Source: a virus
Lineage: Duplodnaviria > Caudoviricetes
Virus record (IMG/VR): IMGVR_UViG_3300032373_000019
Location: 1 to 47,996 of that record
Reading direction: 5' to 3' (one strand)
Length of the DNA stretch: 47,996 nt
Position numbers and translations under genes: made by a program. Shown piece by piece: positions 43,602 to 47,996 of the stretch. A model generated the notes under the pieces. The model did not search any database and was not told the DNA's origin. It saw nothing but the letters and a program-made list of their open reading frames with translations. Within the stretch, counting starts at the first letter, position 1. Every line of letters starts with the position of its first letter.

Positions 43602-44241
43602 CTGCCCCCGCTGCCAGGCCAGGACCTGGCCCCACGCCGGGGACCGCCCCCGGTGCTCATTCCCCGACGGCGTCTTCGACCCGGACGGCTGGAACTGCGC
43701 GACGATGGCCGAACTGCGCACCATCGCCGAGGAGGCGGGGCCGACCTGGTCCTGCGACCAGCACGCCGCGACGCTCCCGTGGGACGGCGAGTTCCTCATC
43801 CTCGGCTGGTACAAGAACCGGGGGCGCACGGAGTACGCCGGGATCCTCTCGGACAGCGACGTGCGCCCGCTGACGCTGGCCTCGGCCGACGAGTTCCTCG
43901 CCTGGGATGCCGAGGTGCGTGCGGCGCAGGCCCCGCCCCCGGGCCCCGCGGCTGGTCCCATCATCGCGACCATGACCCTGTCGCCGATGGACCGCGTGCA
44001 CCTCGTCCACTCCGAGCGGGTGCACGTCGACATCACGGACCACCCGGAGCTCGTGCGGCTGCGGACGGAGCTCGAGTGGTTCGCCGACGAGGGGCACTAC
44101 TCGACGACCTACCGGCGGGGCGCGGGCTTCGTCGACGCCTGCGGGCTCACGCAGGCCCGGCGCGCGCTCGGGCGCTGCATCGAGTGCGGCGAGCACGGGC
44201 ACGAGAACTGCTTCGACCCCAACGCTGGAGGTGAGGAATGA
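43594..44241 (+). CDS. hypothetical protein
   Basis: AGGAGG RBS; CPRC, WNCATM, GWYKNRGRTE. Confidence 0.55.
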   Translation: MTDCPRCQARTWPHAGDRPRCSFPDGVFDPDGWNCATMAELRTIAEEAGPTWSCDQHAATLPWDGEFLILGWYKNRGRTEYAGILSDSDVRPLTLASADEFLAWDAEVRAAQAPPPGPAAGPIIATMTLSPMDRVHLVHSERVHVDITDHPELVRLRTELEWFADEGHYSTTYRRGAGFVDACGLTQARRALGRCIECGEHGHENCFDPNAGGEE

Positions 44242-44411
44242 GCGCAGACAACCCCCGCATTCTCCACGCCCGCTACGGCTACGGCTGGGCCCGCGGCAGG
44301 GCGAAGGACGGCAAGGTCTCGTGCCGGTTTGACCGAGTCTTCGGCGGGCGCTGGGTTCCCCTGCAGGCCGACGAGGTCCAACGCGTCACCTTGACCCCCT
44401 GGAGCGCCTGA
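44238..44411 (+). CDS. 57-aa hypothetical protein
   Basis: MSADNPRILHARYGYGW...; coupled at both ends; not in the ORF track. Confidence 0.45.
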   Translation: MSADNPRILHARYGYGWARGRAKDGKVSCRFDRVFGGRWVPLQADEVQRVTLTPWSA

Positions 44412-44755
44412 TGTTCTTCGAGTCCGCCGCCTACATCGTCGACGCGCTGCACCACATCGGGCAACCGGCGACCAGCTACGACATCGGCCCCGCCTGCAAG
44501 ACCCAGCCACGCACCATCAGGCGTCACCTCGTCGAGATGCACCAGAACGGGCTTGTGTGCCCCGTTTACAAGACGCCAACCGGGTACCCCCGTTGGATCC
44601 TCACCGCCCGCGGAGAGGCCTTCCGGCAGGCGCTCATGGTGCAGCCGGAGCCGCTCGCCGACGGCAACATCATCGAGGTGGCCATCGTGTCCGACGGGTC
44701 CCCCGAGGAGCCCGCCAGACAATCAGTGCGCGATACCTTGCATGTTACGAGGTGA
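44411..44755 (+). CDS. winged-helix DNA-binding protein
   Basis: ATSYDIGPACKTQPRTIRRHLVEMHQNGLV...WILTARG. Confidence 0.65.
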   Translation: MFFESAAYIVDALHHIGQPATSYDIGPACKTQPRTIRRHLVEMHQNGLVCPVYKTPTGYPRWILTARGEAFRQALMVQPEPLADGNIIEVAIVSDGSPEEPARQSVRDTLHVTR

Positions 44756-44766
44756 CATGCTACCTA
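44738..44766 (+). promoter_or_regulatory. promoter with inverted repeat in the spacer
   Basis: TTGCAT-17 bp-TACCTA; GCATGTTAC-GAG-GTGACATGC. Confidence 0.5.
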
Positions 44767-44812
44767 TTGGGGGTGGGGAGCGGGACGGCTCCCGCCCCAC
44801 CCCGGAGGTTCC

Positions 44813-45094
44813 ATGTCCCTGCCTGACCGCCTGCTCCCCGCCCTGCACCACCGCGACGTCGGTGACGAGGTGGCCCGCGACCTCACGACGAGCCTGCTCG
44901 AGCTGGGAATCAAGGCCTTCGTCGCCTACGACCATGTCGGCCTGGCGTTCCTTGTGTCCTGCGACCGGCACGGCCTGCGCCGCATCGACGCGAGCAAGGC
45001 GGGGTGGCCCGACGAGGAGCGCCCCTGCTCTGTGGACGGCTGGACCGAGACCCTCGTGGGCTGCTACCCGAACCACTGGCAGGCGCTCCGGTGA
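44813..45094 (+). CDS. hypothetical protein
   Basis: GGAGG RBS after a 5' hairpin. Confidence 0.5.
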   Translation: MSLPDRLLPALHHRDVGDEVARDLTTSLLELGIKAFVAYDHVGLAFLVSCDRHGLRRIDASKAGWPDEERPCSVDGWTETLVGCYPNHWQALR

Positions 45095-45294
45095 GGCGCC
45101 GCCGCGCCGCCGGCGGGCGGAACATCCCGCCCCCGCGGGTCGAGGTGGCCCCGGCCACGCCCGAGACCGGCACCGCCTACGCGCCGTCGAAGGGCTGCCG
45201 GCTCGCCGCTGAGCGGTGGCCTGACGGGCGCGTGGTTGCCCACTGGAACGGTCGGTGGGTTCGCGCCGACGCTGAGACCTTCCGCCCGAGCTGA
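45091..45294 (+). CDS. hypothetical protein
   Basis: GTGA coupling. Confidence 0.35.
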   Translation: MRRRRAAGGRNIPPPRVEVAPATPETGTAYAPSKGCRLAAERWPDGRVVAHWNGRWVRADAETFRPS

Positions 45295-45319
45295 AAGACG
45301 AGAACCAACGGAGAGACAC

Positions 45320-45715
45320 ATGAGTGACGAGAAGTTCGACGAGAGCAAGCGGATCAAGGTGCACACCGGATGGGAGAAGTTCCGTGGTCGTGGCATCGCG
45401 TTCGGCATCGCGCTGGGGATGGCTGCCGGCGCGGTTGCCCTCGGGCACGTCAACAGCATCGCCGCCGAGCGCGTCGCGGTCTACTGCCTTGTCGCGTGGA
45501 TGGCTGGCCGACCGGTTGTGTGGGCGAACCGACACATCCACAAGACGCTGTCCGCGAAACAGGCGGCGGAAGAGTCGGCAGGGGACGTTGACGGGTTCAA
45601 CGCCACCCGCGCCGGGTACCTGCTCCTCACGTTGCCGCTTCTCGCCTTCTCGCTGCTGTTCTGGGTGCCGCTCCGCTGGGGCATCGTCTACGCGACCGCG
45701 CTGGGGTGGCTCTGA
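45320..45715 (+). CDS. multi-pass membrane protein
   Basis: Three hydrophobic segments; CCAACGGAG leader. Confidence 0.6.
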   Translation: MSDEKFDESKRIKVHTGWEKFRGRGIAFGIALGMAAGAVALGHVNSIAAERVAVYCLVAWMAGRPVVWANRHIHKTLSAKQAAEESAGDVDGFNATRAGYLLLTLPLLAFSLLFWVPLRWGIVYATALGWL

Positions 45716-46380
45716 TGTGTGAGACCACCAACGGCACGCCGTGCCCCTGCTCGGAGACGCCGAGCGCCAACCCCAAGCGCCGCACCTGCGCGACGCCGGG
45801 CTGCACCCGCATCGAGTCGGGTGGCGCGAGGCACTGCCGGACGTGCCGGACGGAGAGGCCGCTGCGGATTGAGGTTGCGAAGCTCACCGAGGCCCACGAG
45901 CGCATCGGTGCCGACTGGTCGAGGGCGATAGCCTGCATCGACGCGACACACGAGATCCTGGACGGCGCGAACGTCTCCCGGGCTCACCACCTCGGCGGCG
46001 GCCTGTCGCTAGAGGGTCGGGTCGAGTCGCTGGTTCGCAACCGGGACACGGTGGTGTCGCTGTACACGGAGGTCGTCATCAAGCGCGACGAGGCCGTGAG
46101 GGCGCTGGACCTCGCTCGCGCTGCCGCCAAGGGGCAGAAGGAGCGGCTGCGGCGGGCGAAGGCGGAGATCTCCACCACGCTCGACCGTCTCCAGATTTCG
46201 CACGCTGAAACCGATGCGACCCAGCACCACCTGCGCGCGGTCATCGAGCAGCGAGACGACGCCCGCGGCGCCCTCGGCGTGGCCCGCAAGGAGTCCGACG
46301 CCCTCCGTCTGCGCCTCCGCATCATGCACGCCGTGGCCGCCCTGCTCGGGGTCGCTGCGGTGGCTGGGGGTGTGCTGTGA
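45715..46380 (+). CDS. Cys-rich, coiled-coil, tail-anchored protein
   Basis: N-terminal Cys cluster, heptads, C-terminal AVAALLGVAAVAGGVL. Confidence 0.55.
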   Translation: MCETTNGTPCPCSETPSANPKRRTCATPGCTRIESGGARHCRTCRTERPLRIEVAKLTEAHERIGADWSRAIACIDATHEILDGANVSRAHHLGGGLSLEGRVESLVRNRDTVVSLYTEVVIKRDEAVRALDLARAAAKGQKERLRRAKAEISTTLDRLQISHAETDATQHHLRAVIEQRDDARGALGVARKESDALRLRLRIMHAVAALLGVAAVAGGVL

Positions 46381-46610
46381 AGGTCACCGTCACGCCAGAC
46401 GAGATCCGATTCGACCTGCGCAAGCGGAAGCGCCGCAAGCCACCACGCAAGGCCGGCGACAAGAAGACGCTCAAGGACGGCACCGTGATGGTCTGCCGCG
46501 AGTCCTACGTCAAGGTCTTCGGCGTATGGGGTGTGGAGTGCCGACGCGGCAAGCCGGTCCTGGAGTGGGTCAAGGAGGGCACGAAGCGCCCGTGGGAGGC
46601 GACACCGTGA
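46377..46610 (+). CDS. hypothetical basic protein
   Basis: Coupled at both ends. Confidence 0.45.
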   Translation: MKVTVTPDEIRFDLRKRKRRKPPRKAGDKKTLKDGTVMVCRESYVKVFGVWGVECRRGKPVLEWVKEGTKRPWEATP

Positions 46611-46978
46611 GCCCCCGCATCCTCCTCGCCGACGACGTCCCGCCCATCACCCGCGCCATCGCGCGCCAACTCCGGCACCTCGGCACCTTCGAGACCGCCG
46701 ACGGGGGCCGCGACCCCTACGCGGTGTGCCTCGACGCGATCAAGCGCCTCGTGGACGACCCGCCGGACGTGCTCATCGTCGACGGGCTCGAGGGCTACGG
46801 CGCGACGGTGGCGGAGGTCGCGCAGGACGAGGGCGTGCCCTGCATCGCCCACACGGCCGAGCCTGGGCGGTTCCGCCGGCTGGGCGTCACCATCATCTTC
46901 AAGGACGGCCTGGGAGACCTGGGCCCGCTGGGGGCGGCTGTGGGTCGGGCTCTGGCGAAGGAGAGCGACCATGGGTGA
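46607..46978 (+). CDS. single-domain response regulator (CheY-like receiver)
   Basis: RILLADD acidic pocket, PPDVLIVD phosphoacceptor Asp, IAHTA Thr, IIFK Lys. Confidence 0.8.
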   Translation: MSPRILLADDVPPITRAIARQLRHLGTFETADGGRDPYAVCLDAIKRLVDDPPDVLIVDGLEGYGATVAEVAQDEGVPCIAHTAEPGRFRRLGVTIIFKDGLGDLGPLGAAVGRALAKESDHG

Positions 46979-47357
46979 GCAGCAGACCGAGACCCTCACC
47001 ACCCGATGGGCCGGCGTCCTCGCCCGCCTCGCCGAAGGCCCGGCCGACTACGGCCCTCACGACACGGAGCAGGTCTGCGCCGCGCTGGAGCGGGTCTGCG
47101 ACGAGCGCGACCGGCTGCGGCGGGTGCTCGCCGGTGAGACTGGCGACGCCGACACCATCGGGGGCGGCTGGCTCTGCGACCTCGTCGGCGACTGGATCCA
47201 CCCGGAGCGAGGCGTTCAGGTCGAGCGCGTGCGGAACTGGCCGCCCCAGTGGCGCGCGTTCTACAGGGGCCGGTGGACGGACCACGACACCGCAGTTGCT
47301 GGGATGGACGTGGCCATGGCTGCGACCGCTACGCCCGAGGAGGCACCCCATGGCTGA
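46971..47357 (+). CDS. hypothetical protein, ERDRL-family paralog 3
   Basis: ERDRLRRVLAGETGD..GGW; AAGGAG RBS. Confidence 0.6.
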   Translation: MGEQQTETLTTRWAGVLARLAEGPADYGPHDTEQVCAALERVCDERDRLRRVLAGETGDADTIGGGWLCDLVGDWIHPERGVQVERVRNWPPQWRAFYRGRWTDHDTAVAGMDVAMAATATPEEAPHG

Positions 47358-47985
47358 GCCCCTCCGCCTCCCCATGGCGCTCCCGCCCGCCCCCGCCGAG
47401 CACCCGGACGTGGCGTACACGGACCCCGCGGTGGCCCGCGCCCACGTCGAGTACCTCGGGCGCCGCTACTGCCTCGGGACCGACCGCCTCGTGCTCTGGG
47501 AGCCCTTCGCAGGCGCTGGGGCCTACATGGACGCCTGGAAGCACTGCCGGCATTGGGACACCGTCGTCGCCGGCGAGCTCGACCCCGGGGCGCCCACGGT
47601 GCGTTCCGGCCGGGTGGAGCGCCGCGACGTCTTCGACGGGCCTCCGGGCGGGGTTTGCGACTGGGCAGTCAGTAACGGGCCCTTCTCCACCTTCGACCGC
47701 TGGCTCCCGGTGCTGCTCCAGCACGCCCGCGTCGGGGTCTCGCTGCTCGTGGTCGGCCAGTCGGTCGCCCCCATGGTCCGCGACTGGATGTGGGACAACG
47801 CGCCCCTGGATGAGGAGTGCTGGCTCACGCCCCGCATGGGCTTCGACCGGCCGGGCAAGAAGCCGGGGACCGACATGCGGGAGTACGCCCTCGTCACCTG
47901 GCTGCGCCGCGCCGGGGAGTGGCGGGGGCGGATGCGCCTCGCCCGCTACAACTGGCGGACCGGGCAGACTTGGGGGCGGGGATGA
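47350..47985 (+). CDS. SAM-dependent DNA (amino) methyltransferase-like protein
   Basis: YTDP, motif I LWEPFAGAGA, GELD, motif IV variant VSNGPFS. Confidence 0.75.
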   Translation: MAEPLRLPMALPPAPAEHPDVAYTDPAVARAHVEYLGRRYCLGTDRLVLWEPFAGAGAYMDAWKHCRHWDTVVAGELDPGAPTVRSGRVERRDVFDGPPGGVCDWAVSNGPFSTFDRWLPVLLQHARVGVSLLVVGQSVAPMVRDWMWDNAPLDEECWLTPRMGFDRPGKKPGTDMREYALVTWLRRAGEWRGRMRLARYNWRTGQTWGRG

Positions 47986-47990
47986 GCATC

Positions 47991-47996
47991 ATCTAC
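47991..47996. repeat. 6-bp terminal direct repeat ATCTAC (also 1-6)
   Basis: Window starts and ends with ATCTAC. Confidence 0.6.

Noticed and set aside
1-47996. CRISPR array, rRNA, tRNA, IS/transposase, retron, tail sheath
   Set aside because: No regularly spaced repeats or diagnostic motifs found by eye; absence not confirmed computationally.

Overview
The window looks like a complete or near-complete, very GC-rich (about 70% by eye) tailed dsDNA phage genome, probably siphovirus-like and circularly permuted; it begins and ends with ATCTAC. The + strand from about 1.7 to 24.4 kb is the late module: terminase small and large subunits, portal, prohead protease, major capsid, head-tail genes, tail tube, tape measure, tail tip, receptor-binding protein, Amidase_3 endolysin and lysis-type membrane proteins. 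No tail sheath is evident. A leftward early arm (24.4-35.9 kb) carries DnaB, a replication initiator with an iteron-like origin, a SLOG protein and HTH regulators. A rightward early arm (36.0-48.0 kb, continuing to 1.5 kb) carries a Cro/CI-like HTH, YqaJ exonuclease, a candidate annealing protein, a Rad50/SMC-like ATPase, RusA and a DNA methyltransferase. I saw no integrase, partition system, tRNA, CRISPR array or reverse transcriptase. The most unusual observations are: (1) a lipoprotein plus sulfotransferase pair between terS and terL; (2) two orphan CheY-like receiver domains, one canonical and one lacking the phosphoacceptor Asp; (3) a non-coding layer made of sigma70-like promoters, a shared (C)AACGGAG translation leader, covarying hairpins, a c4-like three-way-junction RNA ahead of the replication operon and a long hairpin, where both of the latter RNAs expose UCCGUU, complementary to that leader; (4) paralogous genes mirrored on the two early arms, plus a direct-repeat gene pair on the left arm that brackets the whole replication module. 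All calls come from reading motifs by eye; no searches were run.
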